NCBI GenBank assembly: GCA_002269645.1
Contig: NIVC01000850.1
Location: 124,001-188,000, forward strand
From: Macrostomum lignano
Lineage: Eukaryota
Direction: 5' to 3'
Length of the DNA: 64,000 nucleotides
Within the stretch, counting starts at the first letter, position 1. Every line of letters starts with the position of its first letter. Below the pieces are notes generated by a model. That model made no database searches. It was not told the origin of the DNA and saw only the letters and a list, made by a program, of their open reading frames with translations. The translations under genes and the position numbers were made by a program. Below, in pieces: positions 10,861 through 23,389 of the stretch.

Positions 10861-11570
10861 CTGCACCATGTACATTGGGAGTGACCAGATTGACTGGATT
10901 CTGCACCATGTACATTGGGAGTGACCAGATTGACTGGATTCTGCACCATGTACATTGGGAGTGACCAGATTGACTGGATTCTGCACCATGTACATTGGGA
11001 GTGACCAGATTGACTGGATTCTGCACCATGTACATTGGGAGTGACCAGATTGACTGGATTCTGCACCATGTACATTGGGAGTGACCAGATTGACTGGATT
11101 CTGCACCATGTACATTGGGAGTGACCAGATTGACTGGATTCTGCACCATGTACATTGGGAGTGACCAGATTGACTGGATTCTGCACCATGTACATTGGGA
11201 GTGACCAGATTGACTGGATTCTGCACCATGTACATTGGGAGTGACCAGATTGACTGGATTCTGCACCATGTACATTGGGAGTGACCAGATTGACTGGATT
11301 CTGCACCATGTACATTGGGAGTGACCAGATTGACTGGATTCTGCACCATGTACATTGGGAGTGACCAGATTGACTGGATTCTGCACCATGTACATTGGGA
11401 GTGACCAGATTGACTGGATTCTGCACCATGTACATTGGGAGTGACCAGATTGACTGGATTCTGCACCATGTACATTGGGAGTGACCAGATTGACTGGATT
11501 CTGCACCATGTACATTGGGAGTGACCAGATTGACTGGATTCTGCACCATGTACATTGGGAGTGACCAGAT
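10861..11570. repeat. Perfect 40-bp tandem array (~17.75 identical copies)
   Basis: CTGCACCATGTACATTGGGAGTGACCAGATTGACTGGATT repeated with no visible variant. Confidence 0.97.
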
Positions 11571-11989
11571 TAATTCAAGAGACCATCACTCGCTAATGTA
11601 GGAGACCATTAATCGTTAATATAGCGAACCATTAACAATTTATTAAACAACCAATTACTCGTTGATTCAAGAGGCAATTAATCGTTCATTTAAGAAACTA
11701 TTAATCGTTATTTTAAGGAGCCAAGTGTAGTTAATTCAACGGACTATTATTCGTAATTTAATTATTGTTAACCAATTATCGTCAAGTTAAGGGCCAATTA
11801 ATCGTTAATTTCTAAGAGACCATTAATCGTTAATATATGAGACCATTAATCAAAAATTTAATGGACAGTTATTCATTAATTAAAAGACAATCAATCATTA
11901 ATTTAGGAGACTATTATTTATTAATTTAAGGCCCATTAATCGTTTATGTAAGGGACCATTATTCGTTAATTTAAGGCCTATTAATCGTT

Positions 11990-13112
11990 ACTTCAAGAAG
12001 CTTTACTCTCTCCCTCAAGAAGCCTTACTCTCTACTTCAAGAAGCCTTACTCTCTCCCTCAAGAAGCCTTACTCTCTCCTTCAAGAAGCTTTACTCTCTC
12101 CCTCAAGAAGCCTTACTCTCTCCCTCAAGAAGCCTTACTCTCTCCCTCAAGAAGCCTTACTCTCTACTTCAAGAAGCCTTACTCTCTCCTTCAAGAAGCT
12201 TTACTCTCTCCTTTAAGAAGCCTTAATCTCTCCCTCAAGAAGCCTTACTGTCTGCCTCAAGAAGCCTTACTCTCTCCTTCAAGAAGCTTTACTCTATCCC
12301 TCAAGAAGCCTTACTCTCTACTTCAAGAAGCTTTACTCTCTCCCTCAAGAAGCCTTACTCTCTCCCTCAAGAAGCCTTACTCTCTCCCTCAAGAAGCCTT
12401 ACTCTCTACTTCAAGAAGCTTTACTCTCTCCCTCAAGAAGCCTTAGTCTCTCCTTCAAGAAGCCTTACTCTCTGCCTCAAGAAGCCTTACTCTCTCTCCT
12501 TTAAGAAGCCTTAATCTCTCCCTCAAGAAGCCTTACTCTCTCCCTCAAGAAGCCTTACTCTCTCCCTCAAGAAGCCTTACTCTCTCCCTCAAGAAGCCTT
12601 ACTCTCTACTTCAAGAAGCTTTACTCTCTCCCTCAAGAAGCCTTACTCTCTACTTCAAGAAGCCTTACTCTCTCCCTCAAGAAGCCTTACTCTCTCAGTT
12701 AAGAAGCCTTACTCTCTCCTTCAAGAAGCCTTACTCTCTCTCTCAAGAAGCCTTAATCTCTCCCTCAAGAAGCCTTACTCTCTCCCTTAAGAAGCCTTAC
12801 TCTCTCCCTCAAGAAGCCTTACTCTCTCCCTCAAGAAGCCTTACTCTCTCCCTCAAGAAGCCTTACTCTCTCCCTCAAGAAGCCTTACTCTCTCAGTTAA
12901 GAAGCCTTACTCTATCCCTCAAGAAGCCTTACTCTCTCCCTCAATATGCCTTACTCTATCCCTCAAGAAGCCTTACTCTCTCCCTCAATATGCCTTACTC
13001 TCTCCCTCAATATGCCTTACTCTCTCCCTCAATATGCCTTACTCTCTCCCTCAATATGCCTTACTCTCTCCCTCAAGAAGCCTTACTCTATCCCTCAAGA
13101 AGCTTTACTCTC
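11990..13112. repeat. 22-bp minisatellite (TCAAGAAGCCTTACTCTCTCCC)n
   Basis: Tandem array of ~50 copies with point variants. Confidence 0.95.
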
Positions 13113-13118
13113 TCACAC

Positions 13119-13175
13119 TAAGGAGGCTAAGGAGTCTCCTCCTTCAAGTGTGAATTGCCGACGTTTGAACCGACA
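13119..13175 (-). CDS. Possible upstream exon of the unnamed gene
   Basis: gttttaag|CRFKRRQFTLEGGDSLASL|gtgtga; phase-0 exit fits the next exon; short, with a weak donor. Confidence 0.3.
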
Positions 13176-14692
13176 CTTAAAACATGAAACACGCACAAAA
13201 TCTATTTACATAACACATGATGCATAGTAAGAATTACTAGAACTGGGTCGAACGAGATTAAGACTAATATTGGAAAATGTTATCCACGAACGAACCTGAC
13301 GATCAGATTAGGGTAGGGAAAAATTAATTCATGAAAATTAATTACCGAGTGCGTCAGGTAAATCAACCTTAAAAGCAGATGGATCGGAATATGGTAATCT
13401 TTGTGTCATTGCGAATTAAGTAAGTAATTAAGCACTTAGGCACAGACGCTTGCCAGTAGTGTATCTGCCCTCTACATTTGACAAATGAACGATTCCTAAT
13501 TAACAAACTGGCTAGCTTTTTCAATTACCAGAGAAAGAGGCTTTTACCCTCTGTGGAGAGCATTTTTGACTTGCTGAGGGGAAATTTTTCACTTTTTGAG
13601 GGGAGAATTTTCCTGTTGCTAAGAGGGAGTCTTTCACTTTCTGAGGTGGGATTTCTACTTGCTACTCGTTTAAACGGAGGGAATTTTTTATCACTATTAG
13701 GCTTACCGTTTGGCAGTACTACCAACTAACAAGAATTTACACTGCTTTATACTAATATAGCCATTGAAATTAAACTGACAAAATAAGAATAAGATCCAAT
13801 CCCACATTTTAATTGTACTCATTACACGTGGCATAATACAGCAGAAACTTAATAACTTCAAAGCTGCTGTACCTGCAATAAAGAAGCAAATGCTTATTTT
13901 TTATTTTTAAACAGTTTCCGATGATTAGACAATGCATACATACATCGGATTCAGAATTAAACAAAAGAGAGAATAATTGCTAAACAAGTATAGTTGACGA
14001 TATTACGTCTACCTTTTGAAAGTTACTCTCAAATTGGATAAAATGTTTTAAAACCTTGGATAAATTTAATAAGTTTACTTTTACTTTATTGCTACCTTGA
14101 ATGACTCAAAATATACAAGTTTATTGGTTTAAACATTGAGTCGGGTCAGGACTTTCGCTTTTACAGACCCGAAAAGAGCCGTTTTCCGACACTTCAAGCA
14201 TATTTATCTTTTAAACAATGTTTAAAATGTTTTCTTAACAGTTTTAATTCAATAAGCCCTTAAATGTGCCGTTTTACAGCTGTTATGCTTATCTTTTTTC
14301 AGCCCTTAAAAGGGCCTTTACATGTCTTTTCACTAGCCCTTAAAAGGGCCATTTTACAACTATTACGGTTGTCTTTCTACTAGTCTTTAAAAGGGCCGTT
14401 TTACAACAATAACAGGCCGTTTGACAACAATAACAGGCCGTTTCACAACTATTACAGTTGTCTTTCTACTAGCCCTTAAAAGGGCCGTTTCACGACTTTT
14501 GTGCTTGTCGTTTTATTAGCTACAAAGAAGGGCGATTTACATCTGTTTTGTTTGTCTTTTTATTAGCTCTTAAAATGACCGTTTCCCCCCAAAAACAAAG
14601 TTATTTAAATTAAACTAAGCTAAGCGGAACAGCTTATAAAAACGAGTTCAGTGAGAGAAAAGAGAATAAATCCTTAGTCATTAATAAACTTG

Positions 14693-16249
14693 TTACTTCT
14701 TTCTACCGCCGCGCTCCTTCAACTGCAGCGAGACAGGCGTCTGGGCTGTAACATTATAATAAGCCAACGAGTTCGCGTCCTTCATAAACAGACCGTCGAT
14801 GCTGAGTTTCTGTTTAGCCACCGGCAGCTTGCAGGCGTCGGCTATGGCCGATTTCAAGCTGGCTACAGAAGAGGTGAGCGGCAGGCTGAGGGTGAGGGTC
14901 TGCCCGGTCAGGCCCAGCTCCGGCCGGTCCGGATGGCTCGGAGCCGCAACCCGGACCGTGGCGGCGCCCTGCGGCTGGGTGCGCAGAAACGCATCCTCGG
15001 GCATCAGGTCCGCCTCGGTGCGAGCTCGCTTAGCCGGCGGCTCGTCCGACGCTGCCGCCGACGAAGCCGTCGTGGTGGCCGACGCCGTCGACACGAAAAC
15101 GGCAACCGGCGGCAGCAGCGCCGACTGCGGCGGAGCTCCGCCCGGCGGCAGGAGGCCGCCAGCAAAATGATGGCTCCCAGCGCCAATGCCGGGCGGATGC
15201 TGAGGAGGCTGCAACATCATCAGGGGCCGGCCGATGCCAGGCGGCTGAAACGGCTGCTGTTGAGTGAAGTGAGGAGCGTGAGGATGAGGATGAAGATGCT
15301 GAGGCGGCGCCGGCGGATGCAGCGGCTGGGCCGGCATAGCGATGGGCCTTGGCGCCGGAGGCTGCTGCAGCGGCTGCGTCGATACAGCCTTCCCGATGGG
15401 CACCTGCGAAAGAGGCGCCGGCGGCGGCGGCTGCGAACTAGCCGAAGAAGTTGTCGAAGAGGCAGCAGAGGAAGCTGCGGCAGTAGATGAAGTTGCTGCT
15501 GTAGCAGACGCGGCAGCGGTGGAAGCAGCGGAGGCCGTCGAAGTGGCCGATTGGGAATCCTCAGTCTGGTCATCGCTCACTGGCTGGATCTTCCGCCCGA
15601 TCAGCGTCTCCTCCTGGCCAACGCCGAAGATGTCCGTGCGGCGCTCGGCGAGCTGCTTGAGCGTGTCATCCACGGCGACACCGACGCCCGGCGTGTAGAC
15701 GGCGTCGCCTTTGGCTCGCTCGGCGGCCTCGCGATCGCGCTGCTCCCGCCACTGCCGATTGAGCAGGCCGATGTGCACGTGCTTGCCGACCTCGGAGTCC
15801 GGTATGCGTTCCCCGGTGATTGGCGACACCAGGTAGTGCGAGCTGGACGCGTCCTTCGGCCGGCCGGACGGATTGGCTTTGGGATCGTAGTTGCGCACGA
15901 CCACGGGAGCCTGGCCGGGGATTGGGCCGGCCGACGTCGCAGGCGGCGGCGGTGGTGGCGGCGGCGGCGGCGGAGGCGGCGGTGGCATAGCGGCCGAGTT
16001 CTTAGTTGCCGGCTCCTTCGGCGTACCACCGGCCGCGTCTTCCCCGACTTCCCCGGCGGCGGCAGTTTCGTCCGAGTCGTCGCGATCGAGATCAACGTCC
16101 GGCTGCTGAGTCTCGCCATCCGCAGACGGCGGCTGCTTCTGCTGTTGCGCCTGCGGCACAGTGATGTCCACGCCGCGTTTCTCTAACAGCATCCGCTTGC
16201 CGACCTCCTCTGGCGTTGTCGGCGGAGGGAAATTTCCGGTTTCGTGCGG
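14693..16249 (-). CDS. SF3A1: Splicing factor 3A subunit 1, exon 2 (PRP21-like region, Pro-rich region, C-terminal ubiquitin-like domain)
   Basis: cattgcag|PHETGNFPPPTTPEEVGKR...YLVSPITGERIP...HVHIGLLNRQWREQRDR...LAERRTDIFG...KQKLSIDGLFMKDANSLAYYN...LQLKERGGRKK*, hallmark SF3A1 sequence. Confidence 0.95.
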   Translation of the reverse strand, partial: PHETGNFPPPTTPEEVGKRMLLEKRGVDITVPQAQQQKQPPSADGETQQPDVDLDRDDSDETAAAGEVGEDAAGGTPKEPATKNSAAMPPPPPPPPPPPPPPPATSAGPIPGQAPVVVRNYDPKANPSGRPKDASSSHYLVSPITGERIPDSEVGKHVHIGLLNRQWREQRDREAAERAKGDAVYTPGVGVAVDDTLKQLAERRTDIFGVGQEETLIGRKIQPVSDDQTEDSQSATSTASAASTAAASATAATSSTAAASSAASSTTSSASSQPPPPAPLSQVPIGKAVSTQPLQQPPAPRPIAMPAQPLHPPAPPQHLHPHPHAPHFTQQQPFQPPGIGRPLMMLQPPQHPPGIGAGSHHFAGGLLPPGGAPPQSALLPPVAVFVSTASATTTASSAAASDEPPAKRARTEADLMPEDAFLRTQPQGAATVRVAAPSHPDRPELGLTGQTLTLSLPLTSSVASLKSAIADACKLPVAKQKLSIDGLFMKDANSLAYYNVTAQTPVSLQLKERGGRKK

Positions 16250-16369
16250 CTGCAATGTGGAATGCGTAGGGCGGTGGGGATTTTAATTCGCTTCATTATA
16301 TTCTAATCTCTCCTCCGTCCCAGTCCTTGTATTAGTCTCGTCTCGACTATACTTGAAGCATGGGCTCTG

Positions 16370-17170
16370 AAGCATAATCTCCATTACCTCTACCCTAATC
16401 TCCAATCCCTCTACTCTAACACCCTAATCTCCACTCCCTCTACTCTAACACCCTAATCTCCACTCCCTCTACTCTAATACCCTAATCTCCAATCCCTCTA
16501 CTCTAACACCCTAATCTCCACTCCCTCTACTCTAATACCCTAATCTCCACTCCCTCTACTCTAACACCCTAATCTCCACTCCCTCTACTCTAATACCCTA
16601 ATCTCCAATCCCTCTACTCTAACACCCTAATCTCCACTCCCTCTACTCTAATACCCTAATCTCCAATCCCTCTACCCTAACACCCTAATCTCCACTCCCT
16701 CTACTCTAATACCCTAATCTCCACTCCCTCTACTCTAATACCCTAATCTCCACTCCCTCTACTCTAATACCATAATCTCCAATCCCTCTACCCTAATACC
16801 CTAATCTCCACTCCCTCTACTCTAATACCCTAATCTCCAATCCCTCTACCCTAATACCCTAATCTCCATTCACTCTACTCTAATACCATAATCTCCAATC
16901 CCTCTACCCTAATACACTAATCTCCAATCCCTCTACTCTTAATACCCTAATCTCCAATCCCTCTACTCTTAATACCCTAATCTCCAATCCCTCTACTCTA
17001 ATACCCTAATCTCCACTCCCTCTACTCTAATACCCTAATCTCCACTCCCTCTACTCTAATGCTCTAATATCCTAATCTCCACTCCCTCCACTTTAATACC
17101 CTAATCTTTACTCTCTCTACTCTAATACTCTAATCTCCATTCCCTTAGCTCTACACTAATACCCTAATCT
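16370..17170. repeat. 29-bp minisatellite in the SF3A1 intron (CCCTAATCTCCACTCCCTCTACTCTAATA)n
   Basis: Period 29 (CCCTAA at 16451 and 16480). Confidence 0.95.
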
Positions 17171-17214
17171 CTGAGCCCTAAGCCAAGAACAGATTCAATA
17201 AGCCGCCTGTTCAC

Positions 17215-18117
17215 CTGGAAATCCACCGATTCCACGATAACAAAATCGTGCCAGTCAATCTGCGCGTAGGCCAGCCGCTCCCGTTCGATAGCCTCCTGCT
17301 CGAGTCTCTTCTCCCTGTCCTGCCACCGCTCCCAGTCCAGACGGTACTTGGCCTGCTTGAGCACCTCCTCCGAGCTGACAGCGTCTTTAGCCAATTTTGA
17401 CAGCAAATCTTTTGGCGGAATGAGCACTTTAGTGTACTGCTCAACTAGCTTAGTGAAATATGAGAACAGCGAGTGCTGCGGGCGTAAGAAATCAAACTGT
17501 GGATTTCTCTGCTCTCTGAGCATCAATTGAGTCAGGAACTGTCGGCCATTTCTAGCTACAAACTGGGCAGCGATCCGAACAATATCCAATTCCATAGCAT
17601 TGATGCTGGTTGGCTCGGCCGAGAATTCGAACTCAGGCGGCGGCTCTTTCGGTTGGAACTGTTCGGCTAGCTTCTTCTGCACGTCAGCTTCGGCGCCAGG
17701 CGCCCGAGCGGCGCTAGGCGCGGAAACTTTCAGCGCGTCGGATTCTTGCGCGCGACCCTCGGAAAAATCGGTGACCTTCTGCCTATAGTAGGCGTGATAC
17801 GGATCCGACGGATTTAGAAAATTAAATTTCGCATTGGAGATTTCGTTCTGCCGAATACGGGCCTCGAACTCGGGACCATTGCGAGCGACAAACGAGGCAG
17901 TTTTGTCGACAATGTTGCGCACCTCCGGCGGAGGATAGATGATGCCAACTACAGGCTTCTGAGCCTCGTCCGAAGCGTTCTGCTGGTTGGAGTCGGCGGA
18001 ATCACCGGCCTGCTGGGAATCGGCACCTGTAGCGCCATTTGACCCGTTTGTGCCGGCATTGGCTAAAGCTGCGGCAATTTCTTTTGCTTGCTCTTGAAGC
18101 AGAGTTGTAGAAGACAT
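17215..18117 (-). CDS. SF3A1: Splicing factor 3A subunit 1, exon 1 (two SURP/SWAP domains)
   Basis: GIIYPPPEVRNIVDKTASFVARNGPEFE, AQFVARNGRQFLTQLM..EQRNPQFDFLRPQHSLFSYF, AYAQIDWHDFVIVESVDFQ|gtgaac (phase 0); spliced CDS is 819 aa. Confidence 0.95.
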
Positions 18118-18259
18118 GCTTGCCGAGTTGGGGGCATGAAGTGCATTGTGCGTGCAGCGATAAAACTTTGCAAATATTAAATTGAAACAACACCAAGTAA
18201 ACTGACGGGCAGAGAAGCGAGGGGAGAGACATAGGAATGAAAGTTAGGGAAGCAAATAG

Positions 18260-19100
18260 AGAGGGCTGACGAGATTGAATAGACGCGAGATTGGAGACGT
18301 GAGATTGGAAAGACGCGAGATTGGACACGTGAGATTGGAAAGATGCGAGATTAGAGACGTGAGACTGGAAAGATGCGAGATTGGACACGTGAGATTGGAA
18401 AGATGCGAGATTGGAGACGTGAGATTGGAGAGATGGGAGATTGGAGACGTGAGATTGGAGAGATGGGAGATTGGAGACGTGAGATTGGAGAGACGCGAGA
18501 TTGGAGACGTGAGGTTGGATACACGTGAGATTAAGAAGACGCGAGCTTGGAGACGCGAGATTAGAGACGTGATACTGGAGAGACGCGAGATTGGAGACGT
18601 GAGATTGGAGAGACGCGAGACTGGAGACGGGAGATTGGAGTGCCGTGAATTTGGAGAGACGTGAGAGATTGGAGACACGTGAGATTGAAGAGACGGAGAC
18701 TGTAGAGACGGGAAATTGGAGACGCGAGATTGTAGAGACGTGAGAGTGGAGAAGGGAGCTTGGAGAGACGTGAGACTGGAGAGACGTGAGAGTGGAGAAG
18801 GGAGCTTGGAGAGACGTGAGACTGAAGACTGGAGATTGGAGAGACGTGAGAATGGAGAGACGTGAGAGTGGAGAGACGTGAGAGTGGAGAGACGTGAGAA
18901 TGGAGAGACGTGAGAGTGGAGAGCCGTGAGAGTGGAGAGACGTGAGAATGGAGAGACGTGAGAGATTTGAGACACGCGAGACTGGAGACGTGGGATTGGA
19001 TAAAGTGAGATTAGAGACGCAAGTCTATAGATACGTGAGATTGAAGAACATGAGACTGGGGACGCGAGGTTGGAGACAAGAGATGCGGGAGGTGAAGTTA
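18260..19100. repeat. Degenerate (GAGACGTGAGATTGGA)-type minisatellite upstream of SF3A1
   Basis: Recurring GAGACGYGAGA motifs at ~14-16 bp spacing. Confidence 0.9.
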
Positions 19101-19333
19101 AGAGAGAAATGTGAGTTGGGAGATTTATGACAGTGCGAGTTGTGAGGCAAATGAGAGAGTGATGAAGCACAAATCAAAGAACAGAACGCGCAGTTTTGGC
19201 CCAGAACTAGCAAAGCAGCTTAAAAGAAAGTAAGCTATCAATTTGGATTCTGTCCATCCCAAAAGAGCCATAATTACGGTCAGAAAGTCTTACTAATAAT
19301 GTATAGCCTATTTAATAAGTAACTTTATGCTAA

Positions 19334-19600
19334 GGGGAGCCGTAGCCAAGCGGTAGCGCAGCTGCTCTGGTGTGCCAGCGACCCAGGCTCGATTCCAAGT
19401 GCAGTCACATTAATTTGGGGCTGAATTGGAATCTCGGCTTGGCTCTGCTCGTGCAATTAACGGCCTTGAGAGCCAACCCCCCAAGGCGCAGTGAAGTGTA
19501 CATGCCTAACGATAATATAAAGTTAGGGCCGCTGTACACTCCTGTGTGAGTGTGTGCCTGCGTACGTATCCGCGCGCTTGTGTGCCTGCTCAGGGCAAAA
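19334..19600 (+). mobile_element. tRNA-derived SINE (family copies at ~3945-4128, 40481-40515, 63844-63935)
   Basis: A-box-like TAGCCAAGCGG (19343-19353) and B-box-like GGCTCGATTCC (19386-19396), followed by a body repeated elsewhere in the window. Confidence 0.7.
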
Positions 19601-20319
19601 AAGTACTTCATGTTTGTCAACAGCATAATTACTATGAAAAATAATTAATGAACAATAACTTGATGATTGCAAGCATAACAAAAAGCATACATTAAAGATG
19701 GCATTTACTTTATTTTATTTATACAAAAGCTGGCTCTTACTTTTACTCATCAAAGCATACAAAATATTCTAGGGAAAAAACGACAATGAAAAAGCAGACA
19801 AAAAGCACTCAACTGGAACTAGTTATGCGATTAACTAAAGCTTAAGCCAGTACAGTAGACAAGCATAATAACTATATCTAGGAATAAATTATTAATGAGA
19901 TTTAAAAACAACCAGATTATTTCACTATTGATTAGGAAATAATAAACTTTTAAATCTCAATACATTCCTACATTATTTATCTTCTTACTACAAGTTAGTA
20001 CAAGCCTGTTCTAAGAAAAATTAGTCAAATTAAAAAAATAACTAACTTTGTTAATCTATGCAATAACATGAAATTTTGTTTTAAGTAAAAAATTTCTTCT
20101 TGAAAATCCCAACAACAAAACATAATTCATACTGGCCAAGATTACTGCACCATCATAACATCATTATGGCTGAGTCTTTGATTCAATGCGATTTTACGAG
20201 AACTAGTTTTGTCGATTTCTGAGACGACTCAGACGATATTAAGATGATTTATTGGACGATTTTAGAACGAATCAGGGTGGCGATTCTTGGCATGACTTGG
20301 CCGCGATGGCACGATGATT

Positions 20320-21180
20320 CAGAAAGTGATTTATGATGATTCAGAGGGTGATTTATGATGATTCAGAGGGTGATTGTGATTCACGATGATTCAGAGGGTG
20401 ATTCAGGATGATTTAGAGGGTGATTCAGGATGATTTAAAGGGTGATTCAGGATGATTCAGAGGGTGATTCAGGATGATTCAGAGGGTGATTGTGATTCAC
20501 GATGATTCAGAGGGTGATTCAGGATGATTTAGAGGGTGATTCAGGATGATTTAAAGGGTGATTCAGGATGATTCAGAGAGTGATTCAGGATGATTCAGAC
20601 GGTGATTCAGGGTGATTCAGACGGTGATTCAGGATGATTCAGAGGTGATTCAGGACGATTCAGAGGTGATTCAGGATGATTCAGACGGTGATTCAGGATG
20701 ATTCAGACGGTGATTCAGGGTGATTCAGACGGTGATTCAGGATGATTCAGAGGTGATTCAGGATGATTCAGACGGTGATTCAGGATGATTCAGACGGTGA
20801 TTCAGGATGATTCAGACGGTGATTCAGGATGATTTAGAGTGTGATTCAGAGTATGATTCAGAGGGTGGTTCAGGATGATTCAAAGGGTGATTCAGGATGA
20901 TTCAGACGGTGATTCAGGATGATTCAGAGTGTGATTCAGAGTATGATTCAGAGGGTGATTCAAAGGGTGATTTAGGATGATTCAGAGAGCAATTTATGAT
21001 GATTCAGAGAGTGATTTTTGATGATTCCGAGAGTAATTCAGGATGATTCAGAGGGCGATTTATAATGATTCAGAGAGTGATTTTTGATGATTCCGAGAGT
21101 GATTCAGGATGATTGAGAGGGTAATTCAGGATGATTCAGAGTGATTCATCATGATTCAGAGAGTGATTTATGATCATTTA
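20320..21180. repeat. 11/22-bp minisatellite (GATTCAGGATGATTCAGAGGGT)n just 3' of the GPCR stop
   Basis: Direct inspection. Confidence 0.92.
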
Positions 21181-21183
21181 GGA

Positions 21184-21558
21184 TCAAGCGGCAAATTCGA
21201 ATTCCTGACAGCACTGACCGAAGGTGAGACAGCGCCCGATTTTCCGTAGAAATCTGGTGAACGCCACGCGGTACTGCTTATTAGCATAGGCATAAATCAA
21301 CGAATTAGTAGAGAAATGAGCAAAGTACAACAATTGAGCGATAGACCTGGCCAAATTGAATGCTTCAATATGTTGCTGATCGTGGGGAAACTTAATTAGG
21401 GCGGACAATAGGCAGATGTAGTGCGGCAGGCTCAACGCCAGATAGGCTACGCAGAAGATTAGCAGCATTCTTGTGATGTGGTACTGCTGGCGCATTAAAT
21501 CGTTCAAACAGCCGGCCCAATGCAGATTGGCGTTGTTATTGTCGCAGGCGACTGGAAC
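21184..21558 (-). CDS. Rhodopsin-class (peptide-type) GPCR, exon 2 (TM6-TM7, helix 8)
   Basis: ccttatcag|VPVACDN...ITRMLLIFCVAYLALSLPHY...AQLLYFAHFSTNSLIYAYANKQYRVAF...*; phase-0 join with exon 1. Confidence 0.85.
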   Translation of the reverse strand, partial: VPVACDNNNANLHWAGCLNDLMRQQYHITRMLLIFCVAYLALSLPHYICLLSALIKFPHDQQHIEAFNLARSIAQLLYFAHFSTNSLIYAYANKQYRVAFTRFLRKIGRCLTFGQCCQEFEFAA

Positions 21559-21689
21559 CTGATAAGGAGAGACGCGATAGGGTGTCGGTTAGGCGATAGA
21601 TGTACAGTTGAGATTCCAAATACACCGACAAGTGAAAGACTAGAGTCAGTAGGGTATCTATCTACATTTAAAAGAAACGAGTAGAAGCC

Positions 21690-22120
21690 ATAAAACTAGG
21701 CCCTGGGTGTACATTTAAAAGGGACGAGAGGAAGCCATAAAACTAAGCCCTGGGTGTACATTTAAAAGGGACGAGAGGAAGCCATAAAACTAGGCCCTGG
21801 GTGTACATTTAAAAGGGACGAGAGGAAGCCATAAAACTAAGCCCTGGGTGTACATTTAAAAGGGACGAGAGGAAGCCATAAAACTAGACCCTGGGTGTAC
21901 ATTTAAAAGGGACGAGAGGAAGCCATAAAACTAAGCCCTGGGTGTACATTTAAAAGGGACGAGGGAAGCCACAAAACAAGGCCCGGGTGTACATTTAAAA
22001 AGAACGAATGGAAGCCATAAAACAAGGCCCCGGGTGTACATTTAAAAGGAAGGAGTGGAAGTCATAAAACAAGGCCCGGGTGTACATTTAAAAGGAAGGA
22101 GTGGAAGCCATAAAACAAAC
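21690..22120. repeat. 47-bp minisatellite in the GPCR intron
   Basis: Unit CCCTGGGTGTACATTTAAAAGGGACGAGAGGAAGCCATAAAACTAAG, period 47, ~9 copies. Confidence 0.93.
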
Positions 22121-23389
22121 GTTTGATTTGAAGAACTCTGTCAAAGCTTTTGAATCTTGGTGTTGAGCGGGTTGTTTCACAAAATATTATGCTGCGGATG
22201 GTAGCGATGCAGACAGAGAGAAGCTAATAAATATCTTCTTAGCAAAGGATGGATCGTATTACAATGCCTAATGCAAGGAAAGCTAACTGATTATCTGAGC
22301 TTTGCCAACATGGCTAAGGTTGCTAGTGGAGTAATATTCAAGTATTTTTTCTACATTTTTGACTTTCAAAAATCGAAAACTTACGGGATGCTACACAATG
22401 TTTTTTTCGCATCGGAAAATTTTAGTCTCGCATACTAGCAGTAGTTTTACATGCATTGTCCTATAAATTTGAAAACAAATATGCCCACAATACCTAAAGC
22501 AATGAAGGTTGCAACTATAAGAGCGCAGCAACTGCCCGTGGGAATTCCCATGGCCCAGCCTTTCAAATGAATGGGAAAATCAGACTCGCATTTAGAGGTA
22601 ACTATGCATTCGATAAAACCGGCTTAAGTCACGACTTGCATACACAAGATTTGGAAATGTTGTTACAAGGAAATCGCTTTATAGTCTCTCTCGTCTGTCT
22701 TTTACAACTTTCAAGCGTGTTGTATTCAAATATAACCAACGATTTTTAGAACACATGACGCCAATGCAAAGCTACCAATGTTGCGGCAAAGCCTCCAAAG
22801 GTCGCATTCAGCAGGGTTCAGGAATAACATCGACTTTAGGGAGTAGGAAGCAGTCAAAATGACACGCACAATATTGGAATATATTTAAGAGTCTCAGGAC
22901 TTTGTTTATACAAGGTTTAAGGAGGTCAGAATTGAAAGCGAAATGTTTAAATTACCTGCACTAGGATTTACCGCAGCAAAGCAATGCAGGTTGTTATTGC
23001 TAAACTTCAATTACGTGTTTTTTTTTACATGCACAAGCCTGCAACCTTAAGAAATTTCTTCTTGAACCAAGATTTTTTTCACGAGAGTCATGTGTCACGT
23101 TCTGCTAAATAAATACACGACCCGAAAACTCTGTTCCTATTCCATACAGCTATTATCTGCTAAAACGCAGATACAATTATAGAAGAATTTAAAGCATTTA
23201 AATTAAAAGCTACAAATACGAGCGTATAGTGGCCAATCATCAGGCCGGAAGTAGCTTTGAAGTCTGTCTTAGCTGCCTTAATTGAATTGATATGAGTTGA
23301 TTGAATTGATAACCGACAGCTCAGCCGCAGCTATTGCGCGGCGCATCTGAAGGCTGCGTACGGCTGTTCAGTCCAAGGACTGGTGGGGG

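Noticed and set aside
10861-11570. CRISPR-like array of 40-bp repeats
   Set aside because: No unique spacers, no cas genes, and a eukaryotic intron context.
13525-13725. 66-aa minus-strand ORF as an exon of the unnamed gene
   Set aside because: Several competing donors and no phase-consistent chain could be established.
14690-16186. Plus-strand ORFs of 123-266 aa opposite SF3A1
   Set aside because: GC-rich shadow ORFs antisense to a well-supported exon.
19334-19410. tRNA gene
   Set aside because: Has A/B boxes but no convincing cloverleaf, and continues into a dispersed repeat body; treated as a SINE head (same for 23510-23575).
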